Shown piece by piece: positions 34,822 to 43,203 of a stretch of 47,096 nt of DNA; positions within the stretch are counted from its first letter, which is position 1; every line of letters starts with the position of its first letter. This DNA comes from Desulfovibrionaceae bacterium. GTDB taxonomy: Bacteria; Desulfobacterota; Desulfovibrionia; Desulfovibrionales; Desulfovibrionaceae. The stretch spans positions 1-47,096 of the forward strand of contig JAVBRZ010000011.1 of the NCBI GenBank assembly GCA_031547425.1, written 5' to 3'. A model generated the notes under the pieces. It made no database searches. It was not told the DNA's origin and saw only the letters and a list, made by a program, of their open reading frames with translations. The position numbers and the translations under genes were made by a program.

Positions 34822-34837
34822 GCGTCGTAAGCTGTGC

Positions 34838-34913
34838 TGGTGGGCGGTGTAGGAATCGAACCTACCGCCCTCGGCTTGTAAGGCCGATGCTCTACCAAAT
34901 GAGCTAACCGCCC
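34838..34913 (-). tRNA. tRNA-Val (anticodon UAC)
   Basis: The reverse complement is GGGCGGTTAGCTCATTTGGTAGAGCATCGGCCTTACAAGCCGAGGGCGGTAGGTTCGATTCCTACACCGCCCACCA, 76 nt with a canonical cloverleaf. Confidence 0.93.
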
Positions 34914-35142
34914 GCGTGGAAAATGCTTTGACCAAATTGCGGGCTTCTTGTCAACCTTTTTGTGCAGGGAAAAAATAATTTTATCCTTGCCGGCCCCAAA
35001 CATCGGAATGTTCACGTCTCAAAAAAATATATAAATCAAAGTGTTAAGGCAAGAAATATTTTTTCCTTCCCTTCTTTAAATCTTTCCTGTTTGCCCACCC
35101 GGCAAATCCGCGCCGCCTCATTCCGAGCAAAATTTCGCCAGC

Positions 35143-35946
35143 TCAGCCCAGCCCCAAAACCTGCCGAAATTCAGGATGCCTGACCAAATATTTTTGCGTA
35201 GCCCGCAAATCGCGCAAAGTGAAGCTGGTTTCAAAGGTCACGCCGGGCTTAAGATTTTTAGCCGCAAAAAGCGCCACAAAATAATCCCAGTCAATAAGCC
35301 CCTGGCCGGGCGCCAGGTGTTCGTCATAGCCGCCGTAATTGTCGTGCAGATGCAAATGGCGGATAAACGGCCCCAACTCGTTCAGCCAGGCTTCGAGGTT
35401 ATGTTTTCGCCGGCCTCCGGCCAGGGCATGCCAATGCCCCACGTCAAAGCACACCCCGCAATTGCCCGGAAGCCGGGCCGTCAACTGGGCCAGGGCGCGT
35501 GGCTCCTGCTCCAGGGTGTTTTCCAGATATAAATTGGCCGGGGCGCAGGCCGCGGCCACCTCAGCCCATACGCCCAGCAGCTCATCCGGCGCATTGTCCC
35601 GCAACGCGCCTTGTGCAAACAAATAGGGGTGCCCCACAAAATGGCGTGGCGCGTACGGCCGGGTCGCGCGCACCGCCCGGAGCAATTCCTCCTGAACCTC
35701 GCGCGGCTTGAAATTTACCCGCCCGGCGGCGTCAGGCATGACAAAAGGCAGGTGCACGGCGCAAGCAAGCCCCCGCCCGCGCCACAAGGCGGCCAGGGCC
35801 TCGTGCTCACACGCGGGCATGCTCATCAAATATGGCGAACTGAAATCCAGTTCAGGTTGAACGCCATGCTCCAGAAAAAAATCCAAAAGCTGCTCGGCCA
35901 AGGCCGTGCGCTCCCAAAAAAACTTTACATAATAACTCGAACTCAT
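35143..35946 (-). CDS. Sugar phosphate isomerase/epimerase family (xylose-isomerase-like TIM barrel) protein
   Basis: HLHLHDNYGGYDEHLAPGQGLIDW and CFDVGH metal-site style motifs are present. The start is set at ATG 35946 (MSSSYYV); the listed ORF extends to 36084. Confidence 0.75.
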   Translation of the reverse strand: MSSSYYVKFFWERTALAEQLLDFFLEHGVQPELDFSSPYLMSMPACEHEALAALWRGRGLACAVHLPFVMPDAAGRVNFKPREVQEELLRAVRATRPYAPRHFVGHPYLFAQGALRDNAPDELLGVWAEVAAACAPANLYLENTLEQEPRALAQLTARLPGNCGVCFDVGHWHALAGGRRKHNLEAWLNELGPFIRHLHLHDNYGGYDEHLAPGQGLIDWDYFVALFAAKNLKPGVTFETSFTLRDLRATQKYLVRHPEFRQVLGLG

Positions 35947-36394
35947 TTTATAATTCCCATTGTGCCTAACTTTGTGCCTATTGTAATCCAAGCCTTGAAA
36001 TAATTCAATTTTTCCAACCGGCAAAACCTGTCGGCACTGTGCATATCCGAGCCCCGCCCAACGGCCGTAAAAACTTACGCACAACAGGCTGTGGGTTATA
36101 CACAGAAAAGCTTACACAAATTATCTTGAAATTACAGATACTTGCCGTGGTTAGGCACAAAAGGAGCAGACAAATAAACAAGACACAAGCACAGGTTTGC
36201 GGGTGGGAACGAAACGCGGCACTACACCGCGCCCGGCTCATGCCGCATCCGCCTCACCACTTCCTCTCGACCTCGGGCCGTGAGTTTGGCATTCTTATGA
36301 CTGTTCATCCTGTCCTCACTTCGGTTGGCTGTTGTCTCGCAACTCCAGCTTTACCGATTTGAGGCGGGGTGAACAACCTATTGAAACATTACAT

Positions 36395-36877
36395 CTAGCC
36401 CAGAAAATACAGACCCAGCCACAAAAGCGCGGCCGCGCCCACGCCGCCGATCAGGTCGTCGAGCATGACGCCGTAGCCGCCGGGGAGCCAGTTTTCCGAG
36501 GCTTTGATGGGCCAGGGCTTGGCAATGTCCAAAGTGCGGAACAAAACAAACGCGGCCAGCAACTGCCAGGGATCAACCGCCGCGCCCAGGGGCATGACAG
36601 CGATCCACTGGCCTAAAAGCTCATCCACTACCACCTGGCCGGGGTCCTTTTCGTGCAAAATCCGTTCGGCTCGGCCGGCCGCCCAGGAACCCACAAAAAA
36701 GACCACTGCGAGCACGACCACCTGCCAATGCGCGGCCAGGGGCATAAAACACCAGGGCGCCAGCAGCAGGGCCACGAAACTGCCGCAAGTGCCTGGCCCT
36801 TTGGGCGACAGCCCGGCCACGCCCAGGCGGGCGACGGCCAAGGCCAGATGGTCGCTGAAACCGCGTTTTTCCCTCAT
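36395..36877 (-). CDS. pgpA: Phosphatidylglycerophosphatase A
   Basis: GLSPKGPGTCGS..ALLL, DPGQVVVDELLGQWIA and FRTLDIAKPWPI are PgpA signatures. The start is set at ATG 36877. The listed 271-aa ORF is an Arg/Gly-rich upstream artefact overlapping maf. Confidence 0.88.
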   Translation of the reverse strand: MREKRGFSDHLALAVARLGVAGLSPKGPGTCGSFVALLLAPWCFMPLAAHWQVVVLAVVFFVGSWAAGRAERILHEKDPGQVVVDELLGQWIAVMPLGAAVDPWQLLAAFVLFRTLDIAKPWPIKASENWLPGGYGVMLDDLIGGVGAAALLWLGLYFLG

Positions 36878-36939
36878 GTCCTTAATCCTTGCGCTTAAAG
36901 CAACCGGCCCGCGAAGTTTTTCCACCGCCGGCCGCCGTT

Positions 36940-37551
36940 TTATCCTTCGTGCGCCGGTTTGATAACCCCATGCGCCAAAAGCGCATCCAAAAGCTCCACC
37001 AACGGCAAGCCCACAATATTGGTCCAGGAGCCGCTGATACTCTCCACCAGAAAGGCCCCCTGGCCCTGAACTGCGTAGGCCCCGGCCTTGTCCTCGGGTT
37101 CGCCCCCGGCCGCGTAGGCGCGCAGTGCGGCCTCGGGCCAGGCGTGCATGAGCACCTGGGAAGCGCCGCAAAAAATTTCTTCCCGGCCGCCGGGCAAACG
37201 CAGGCAACAACCTGTGTAAACCACATGCCTGCGCCCGGCCAGCCTTCTGAGCATGCCCACCGCCTCGGTCTCCGAAGCGGGCTTGCCCATAATTTCCCCG
37301 TCCAGAGCCACCACAGTGTCTGCGGCAATAACTGCGGCCGCCGGATAAAAGGGGGCAACCTCGGCCGCCTTGGCACGGGCGACGCGCAGGGCGAAGCCTC
37401 GCGGCTCTTCGTCCTCTCCGGGCAAAGGTTCGGCCACGACCGGCCTGGCCACGCTAAAAGCCAGGCCCAGGTTGCGCATAAATTCCTGGCGCCGGGGCGA
37501 ACCTGAGGCCAGGACAATGGGGAAAGCGGCTGCAAATATCGGCGCGTTCAT
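36940..37551 (-). CDS. maf: Maf-like nucleoside triphosphate pyrophosphatase
   Basis: IVLASGSPRRQEF...LGL.F, ADTVV, GKP and AGAYA.QG motifs are present. The start is set at ATG 37551. Confidence 0.9.
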   Translation of the reverse strand: MNAPIFAAAFPIVLASGSPRRQEFMRNLGLAFSVARPVVAEPLPGEDEEPRGFALRVARAKAAEVAPFYPAAAVIAADTVVALDGEIMGKPASETEAVGMLRRLAGRRHVVYTGCCLRLPGGREEIFCGASQVLMHAWPEAALRAYAAGGEPEDKAGAYAVQGQGAFLVESISGSWTNIVGLPLVELLDALLAHGVIKPAHEG

Positions 37552-37929
37552 ACTCTGCTCCACGCCCGCCGTGCGGATCATGACCGCAAAACCTCAACGG
37601 ACAAAGGTGTTTCTGTGTATAATGCTTTCAGGCCGCCTTGAAAAGAAAAACATGGAATACATGCCTTCAAATGCGCTACATCGCAAAAATCGTTTAAGAG
37701 CTTATCTTTTAGAACAAATCTAGAAATATTTTTCCCCAGGCCTAAGGTTATGCTTCCAAAAGCCGTAAAGGAAAGTGATTACCCTGGAGCGCAGAGATTA
37801 TTCAGGAAGGCAATCGAGGAGAAATCATCAGAGCCGTAAAATTCGCGCCCAACAGCGTTTGAAGGCTTGCGGCAGGGGTGGTTGCGGCTGGGCTTGAAAA
37901 GTTTTTTTTCAAGCATTCAGCCCAAGGCC

Positions 37930-37956
37930 TAAAGATTTTTCTCCCCTGGCCGTATA
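37930..37956 (+). promoter_or_regulatory. Sigma-28 (FliA)-type promoter candidate upstream of the flgM operon
   Basis: TAAAGATT-N11-GCCGTATA, that is TAAA-N15-GCCGTATA. It lies 21 nt upstream of the GTG at 37977 and has the same -35 octamer and spacing as the fliD candidate. Confidence 0.4.
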
Positions 37957-37976
37957 GGGGATAAGGGGAGAAAGTT

Positions 37977-38390
37977 GTGACTATCAGGTCGTTTTATGTG
38001 CGCAATATGCTGCTCAATTACGACAAGCAGCTGATTGCCGCGCGCAGGTTGAACCGCTATTTGCAGGCCCTGCGCGGGGACGCCGGAGTTGCGCAGGAAA
38101 TTCCGGCGGATATAAAACGACGGGTGCTGGTGGAAAGGGTTGCTCACGAAGTCATGGAGAACTTGCTGTTCTCCGGCAGCGACAACCCCATTGTCCAGGA
38201 AGTCAAAACAGCTTTGGAGCAGGAATTAGGAGAACAATTCAGTTTTAAATTTCCGGCTGAGGACCTGAGTTTCCAGGTTTACCGCGAAACCGAAGCCGGT
38301 CCGGAAAAAATAGAAGCTGAAGAAAAACTCCATATTCTGGACCGGCTGTGGAGCATCACGCTGGACAAAGTGGACCGGACCATGCTTTAA
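37977..38390 (+). CDS. Small conserved protein upstream of flgM (FlgM-associated, Desulfovibrio type)
   Basis: The ORF has a GTG start with an AAGGGGAGAAAG RBS and encodes 137 aa. It lies directly upstream of flgM. From memory it resembles the family named after DVU0524; this was not verified. Confidence 0.6.
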   Translation: MTIRSFYVRNMLLNYDKQLIAARRLNRYLQALRGDAGVAQEIPADIKRRVLVERVAHEVMENLLFSGSDNPIVQEVKTALEQELGEQFSFKFPAEDLSFQVYRETEAGPEKIEAEEKLHILDRLWSITLDKVDRTML

Positions 38391-38420
38391 TAGTCACATC
38401 CCTATTAAGGGAGGTTGTTT

Positions 38421-38726
38421 ATGGAAATTAAAAACATTCTTGGTAATCTGGATCCTTACGTCAAGACGGAGCAAAGCGAATCCGCCTCTCTGGATAAGGC
38501 GCGGCGCCGGGCTGAAGCCGCCCGCACCGACTCCGGAGACCGCGCTTCGGTTTCGCCCGAGGCCAAATTGCGGGCCGAAGGCTATTCCGCCGCCCTGGCC
38601 GCGCCCGAAGTGCGCGCCGAGGCCGTGGCCGCGCTCAAGGCCAAAATCGCATCCGGCGAGTATCAAATCGACGCGCGCAACATCGCGGAGAAGATGCTCA
38701 AGGAAGATACGGAACTGTTCAGCTGA
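38421..38726 (+). CDS. flgM: Anti-sigma-28 factor FlgM
   Basis: The C-terminus VAALKAKIASGEYQIDARNIAEKML is the FlgM signature. ATG 38421 lies 6 nt after AAGGGAGG. Confidence 0.85.
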   Translation: MEIKNILGNLDPYVKTEQSESASLDKARRRAEAARTDSGDRASVSPEAKLRAEGYSAALAAPEVRAEAVAALKAKIASGEYQIDARNIAEKMLKEDTELFS

Positions 38727-38902
38727 AGGCAACTTCCGGCCAGACTTAAGCTCACGCGGGAATTTTAAACTTTCCGGCCGCGCTGTCTGTGCCGCAGTCC
38801 AAGACGTATTGCGTAGAGTTATTTAAGGTCGGCCTTTTCGCTCTTCAAGTTTTCCAGGCCCGCCATCCGTATTTGTGAGTTAAGTATTCCTCCATAAAGC
38901 AG

Positions 38903-38939
38903 GCCCTCGCGGGATTATTTCCGCGGGGGCTTTTGTGTT
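38903..38939 (+). terminator. Intrinsic terminator ~180 nt downstream of flgM
   Basis: gccctcgcgg-gattattt-ccgcgggggc (10-bp stem with one G.U pair) is followed by TTTTGTGTT. Confidence 0.55.
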
Positions 38940-39102
38940 GCCCGCATTTTCACTTTTTGCCTTTTCTTTCTCCGCCCGTTGCTCCGGCAAACTCCGCTTC
39001 ACGCCGCTTTCACACGCAAGCCCCGCCAAACTCATTCCTCGTTCTTCTTGCTCGGCTATCAAGCGCTCATGCCGGTCGCCCGCCCGTCCGACAACCAACA
39101 AA

Positions 39103-39136
39103 CAAAAAGCCCCGGCGGAACCGACCCGCCGGGGCT
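39103..39136 (-). terminator. Intrinsic (bidirectional-looking) terminator downstream of cysE
   Basis: agccccggcgg-aaccgac-ccgccggggct is flanked by AAAAA and TTT. On the minus strand it is followed by TTTTTGTT. Confidence 0.6.
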
Positions 39137-39198
39137 TTTGCCGAGCAAAACATCCGCCCCCATAAAGGTTAAGCGGCGATATCCCAAGCCACGGATTT

Positions 39199-40143
39199 TC
39201 AACCCACCATTTTCTCAGAAGTCTTGGGCTCGACGGAGCGCTGCTGCACCACTTTGGAGCCGGGCGGCACCGAATGGGTGAGCCAGACGTTGCCACCGAT
39301 CATGGAGCCCGCGCCGATGGTGATGCGCCCCAGAATGGTGGCCGCGGCATACACGGTCACCCTGTCTTCCAGAATGGGGTGCCGGGGCACGCCTTTGACC
39401 AGGGCGCCGCTGTCGTCTTTCTGGAAAGACAGCGCGCCCAGGGTCACGCCCTGGTACAGGCGGCAGCCTTTGCCGATAATGCAGGTCTCGCCGATAACCA
39501 CGCCCGTGCCGTGGTCAATGAAAAAGTCCTCGGCAATGCTGGCGCCGGGGTGAATGTCTATGCCGGTTCTGGAATGGGCCATTTCGCTGATGATGCGGGG
39601 AATGAGCGGCACGTCCAAACGGTAAAGCTCATGGGCGATGCGGTGATGGATCATGGCCACAATGCTGGGGTAGCAGAAAATGGTCTCGCCCGGGCTCTTG
39701 GCCGCCGGGTCGCCCTCGTAGGCGGCTTTAACGTCCTGGGCCAGGGCGTGGCGGATGCGCGGCAGGGTGTCCATAAAGGCCAGAGCTATTTCCGGCGCGT
39801 CCTTGCCGCACTCCGGGCACTCCTCATCGGGCTCGGCGCAGGCAAAGCAGCTGCCCCGGTAAATTTGTTCGGCCAGAATGCGGAAAATGCTGTCCAGGTT
39901 GGCGCCCAAATGATAGCGCATGGATTCGCGATGAATGCGGCTGGTGCCGAAGTAGCCGGGAAACAGGGCCGCATACAGGCGATGCATCATTTCTTCCAAA
40001 TCAGCCACCGAAGGCATGGGCGTACCGTGCGTGGGGTGCAAAGGCATATCCCCGTAAGATTCCGGTGAGCACAGCGCATCCAGCACTTTTTCCAGGGCCG
40101 GGATGCCCTTGCTGAAGATTTCCTTGGGCTTGCGTGGCGTCAT
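39199..40143 (-). CDS. cysE: Serine O-acetyltransferase (long form)
   Basis: DP.A....E....YP...A...HR.AH.L, GIDIHPGA.I...FFIDHGTGVVIGET..IG and the hexapeptide repeats are present. The size is 314 aa. Confidence 0.9.
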   Translation of the reverse strand: MTPRKPKEIFSKGIPALEKVLDALCSPESYGDMPLHPTHGTPMPSVADLEEMMHRLYAALFPGYFGTSRIHRESMRYHLGANLDSIFRILAEQIYRGSCFACAEPDEECPECGKDAPEIALAFMDTLPRIRHALAQDVKAAYEGDPAAKSPGETIFCYPSIVAMIHHRIAHELYRLDVPLIPRIISEMAHSRTGIDIHPGASIAEDFFIDHGTGVVIGETCIIGKGCRLYQGVTLGALSFQKDDSGALVKGVPRHPILEDRVTVYAAATILGRITIGAGSMIGGNVWLTHSVPPGSKVVQQRSVEPKTSEKMVG

Positions 40144-40271
40144 TTCATCATCTCCTGAAACAAAAACAGGTTAATATTTACGTTGAAGGCATCATTATAG
40201 GCCCAGGCCGGGCAATGCGCAAGCGAACAACAGGCGAAATCCGCCCGTTTCAGCGCCCCGGACAATTTTTT

Positions 40272-40781
40272 TCAAAACCGCCCGGTATGCCCGAAGCCTC
40301 CGCTGCCGCGCGAGGTTTCCGAAAGGCCGGCCTGCCGCAGGAGGCGCGGCCGCACATAAGGCTGAAAAGCCAGTTGGGCGATCCTCTCGCCCTGCTTGAC
40401 GCTCATGGTCCGTCCGGAAGTGTTCAGCAGCCAGACCATAATTTCGCCCCGATAGTCGGGATCTATGACGCCCACCCCCTGGGCGACCACCAGACCGTGC
40501 TTGGCGCCTAAACCGCTGCGCGAATAAACAAATCCGGCAATACCCGGCGTAACCGGCTCAATGGCCACGCCCGAAGGAACCGCCGCGCGGGCGCCCGGCT
40601 CCAGGCTGATCTCGTCTTCAACAAAGCAGGCACGCAGGTCAATGCCCACGGCCGTGGCCGTGGAAGGCGCGAAGCCGGGCGGCGGATTTTCGCTCGGCAA
40701 GTCTTCGCCGTAAATGCGGGCGGCCCGGCCCAAAAAGCACACATGCACCTCTGGGCTCTCCACGGTTGAAAATGCTGTCAT
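40272..40781 (-). CDS. dut: dUTP diphosphatase
   Basis: A.GIDLRA, SRSGLG.KHG, GVIDPDYRGEI and the terminal RGSGGFGHTG motif are present. The start is set at ATG 40781. Confidence 0.92.
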   Translation of the reverse strand: MTAFSTVESPEVHVCFLGRAARIYGEDLPSENPPPGFAPSTATAVGIDLRACFVEDEISLEPGARAAVPSGVAIEPVTPGIAGFVYSRSGLGAKHGLVVAQGVGVIDPDYRGEIMVWLLNTSGRTMSVKQGERIAQLAFQPYVRPRLLRQAGLSETSRGSGGFGHTGRF

Positions 40782-40886
40782 GGTCTTGCTCCTTGAATTT
40801 ATGCCCAAATAAGTACTGTCCGCACCTTATGCCGAGTGGCTTTGCGGGGCAAGATGGGCGCGCGAAATAATTGCGCAGAGGCGAGC

Positions 40887-40913
40887 ATAAAGATTCAGGC
40901 GTTTATACCGATA
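40887..40913 (+). promoter_or_regulatory. Sigma-28 (FliA)-type promoter candidate upstream of fliD
   Basis: TAAAGATT-N11-ACCGATAT compares with the consensus TAAAGTTT-N11-GCCGATAA. It lies ~145 nt upstream of the fliD ATG. Confidence 0.5.
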
Positions 40914-41058
40914 TGAATATTGTGAAATGCCGAATAACGACTGCCCCGGCTTAAGGGGGCGGGCAATTTCTGCCTGGAGTTCGGCACAATTTTTGCTGTG
41001 GTTTCAAAAAAGTATGAAGAACTTTGCCCCCGGCAAAAAATTCAGCGTGAGGTAAGCT

Positions 41059-43167
41059 ATGGCTGTCGCATATGCATCAGGTGGTATCCATTTTTCAGGT
41101 CTGGGCTCAGACACTGACTTTGATACCATGATCACCCAGCTCAAGAAGCTTGAGTCCGTACCCAAAGCCCGCATGACTTTATGGCGGGCCGACTGGGAAC
41201 GACGTCTCGGCGCGTTTCAGGAGCTCAATGCCGCTGTTGTGGATTTGCGTAAAAAACTCAACGACATCAACTCCATCAACAAATTCATGTCCAAATCAGC
41301 GGTATCGTCCAACGAAACCGTGGCCTCGGCCACAGTGGGCACCGACGCCGATGAAGGCACCCACAAGCTGGAAGTCATGCAGATGGCCAAATCGGCCACA
41401 TTCACGGCCAACCAGGAATTCGACAGCCTGAAAACCGTGATCAACAATACCGGCTCCACCCAGAACTTCACCTACATTTATAAAGGCAAACAGCACAGCG
41501 TACAAATTCCGGACGGTTGCAACCTCGAATTCCTCACCAAGATCATCAACAACGACCAGACCAACCCCGGCGTGCGCGCTTCGTTGATCAACAACGGAGG
41601 CTCATACATTTTCCAGCTAAAGGGCATGGATTTGGGTGAAAAATCCACCTTAAGCATTGTCAGCACCGGCTTGAGCGACTTCTCGCCCACCGCATACACC
41701 CAGGGGTTTACCGACAAAAACGCCGTGGTCAACAGCAGCGGCGGAGACTTGAACTTCTCCTACACCTACCAGGGCGCCACGCGCGTCATCACGGTAGCCA
41801 ACGGCGCCACCATTGAACAGCTGGCCAACCAGATCAACGCCCACGAAGAAAGCCTGGGCAACCCCGGTGTGCACGCCTCCCTGGCCAAGAACGGCAACAA
41901 CATGACTTTTGAGCTGCGCGGGATTAACGGCGGCACGGACATGGGGCTGGATGTCGTCGCGGACGGGGGCCTCACAGGGCTCTCCTCGCAGACCGTGGCC
42001 AACAATTATTATGTGCAGGACGCCCAAAACGCCAAGTTCAAGGTCAACGGCTTTCCGGCCGACCCGGATAAATACCTGGAAGCCACCAGCAACACGGTTA
42101 CCGGGGTCATCCCTGACGTGACTCTGAACATTAAAGACACAGGCCAGGCCCAGGTCACCGTGACCACGGACTATGACAAAATCAAAGAAAACGTGATCTC
42201 CGCGGTCGAATCCATCAACGCCCTGCGCTCTAAAATTCTGGAGCTGACCAAAGTTGACGACGCCAAGGACCCCAACAGCCCCGATGATGCCACTGAAAAA
42301 ACAGGCTCCAACTTCCTGGGGCAAAAAGGTTCCCTGTTGACCGGCAACTACGGCGTGCAGTTGATTTCCTCCAACCTGAAAACTATTGTGGCCGGCAAAG
42401 CCCAAGGCTTTGAATACCTGTCCACGGACAAAGACGGCGTTACCCACGGCGATCTGTACAGTTCTCTGGCCCAGGTGGGCATCATGACCGTGGCCGACTC
42501 CACCTCCAAAGACTTCGGCCTGCTGGTTTTTGAGGATATCAAAAACAAGGACGGCAGTTACACCACTTTTGACGACATTTTGAAGAAAAACCCCGAAGAA
42601 GTGGCCAAGCTCTTCGCCGCCAACGGCGAAACCTATGTGGACTCCGGCGATTTTTCCCTGGCCAGCCTGGTCAAGGGCACCACCAAAGCCGGCAACTTTG
42701 ACGTCAAATACCAGGTTGACGCCACCGGCAAAGTCATCAACGCCACCATTGACGGCCACAGGGCCAATTATGACACGCTAACCAAACAGATCACGGCCAT
42801 GGACGGCCCGGCCAAAGGCATGGCCCTGCAGGTAGAAAATTTTGCCCAGGGCGACTACAGCGGCAAAGTCACGGTGAAAAACGGCAAAATCCAGGAAATA
42901 TACGACTTCCTGGAAAGCGCCATAGCGCCCAAAGATCCGGAAGGCCACGGCGGCGGCACCCTGACCATTTTGGAAGCCAACTATAAAGACATTATGAAGG
43001 TTGCCGACAAAAAGATCGACCAGGAAGAGCAGCGCCTCATTCTTTGGGAAAGAAACATCCGCAAGCGTTTCGCCAACCTGGACTCGGTGCTGGGCACTTA
43101 CAACAACAAAATGAAAGCTCTGGAAGCGGCCGTCAAGCAGCTGAATTCCGGCAGCAGCAATAAATAA
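41059..43167 (+). CDS. fliD: Flagellar filament capping protein FliD (HAP2)
   Basis: The N-terminus GIHFSGLGSDTDFDTMITQLKKLESVPKARM and a C-terminal heptad region (..RFANLDSVLGTYNNKMKALE..) are present. Two internal flagellin-IN-like repeats are also seen. Confidence 0.92.
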   Translation: MAVAYASGGIHFSGLGSDTDFDTMITQLKKLESVPKARMTLWRADWERRLGAFQELNAAVVDLRKKLNDINSINKFMSKSAVSSNETVASATVGTDADEGTHKLEVMQMAKSATFTANQEFDSLKTVINNTGSTQNFTYIYKGKQHSVQIPDGCNLEFLTKIINNDQTNPGVRASLINNGGSYIFQLKGMDLGEKSTLSIVSTGLSDFSPTAYTQGFTDKNAVVNSSGGDLNFSYTYQGATRVITVANGATIEQLANQINAHEESLGNPGVHASLAKNGNNMTFELRGINGGTDMGLDVVADGGLTGLSSQTVANNYYVQDAQNAKFKVNGFPADPDKYLEATSNTVTGVIPDVTLNIKDTGQAQVTVTTDYDKIKENVISAVESINALRSKILELTKVDDAKDPNSPDDATEKTGSNFLGQKGSLLTGNYGVQLISSNLKTIVAGKAQGFEYLSTDKDGVTHGDLYSSLAQVGIMTVADSTSKDFGLLVFEDIKNKDGSYTTFDDILKKNPEEVAKLFAANGETYVDSGDFSLASLVKGTTKAGNFDVKYQVDATGKVINATIDGHRANYDTLTKQITAMDGPAKGMALQVENFAQGDYSGKVTVKNGKIQEIYDFLESAIAPKDPEGHGGGTLTILEANYKDIMKVADKKIDQEEQRLILWERNIRKRFANLDSVLGTYNNKMKALEAAVKQLNSGSSNK

Positions 43168-43203
43168 ACATTTCTCGCAAAACCAGCGACAGGAGAAGAC
43201 CAT

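Noticed and set aside
34949-34954. Promoter for the tRNA-Val/tRNA-Asp operon (minus-strand TTGACA at 34949-34954)
   Set aside because: The -35 hexamer is perfect, but the element 17 nt downstream (TCAAAG) is a poor -10. Without TSS data this is not reported as a feature.
35947-36140. Cobalamin riboswitch upstream of the TIM-barrel (possibly cobamide-related) gene
   Set aside because: No B12 box or the conserved GGGAA...GCCACTG elements could be found on the minus strand by eye. The functional link to cobamides is itself speculative.
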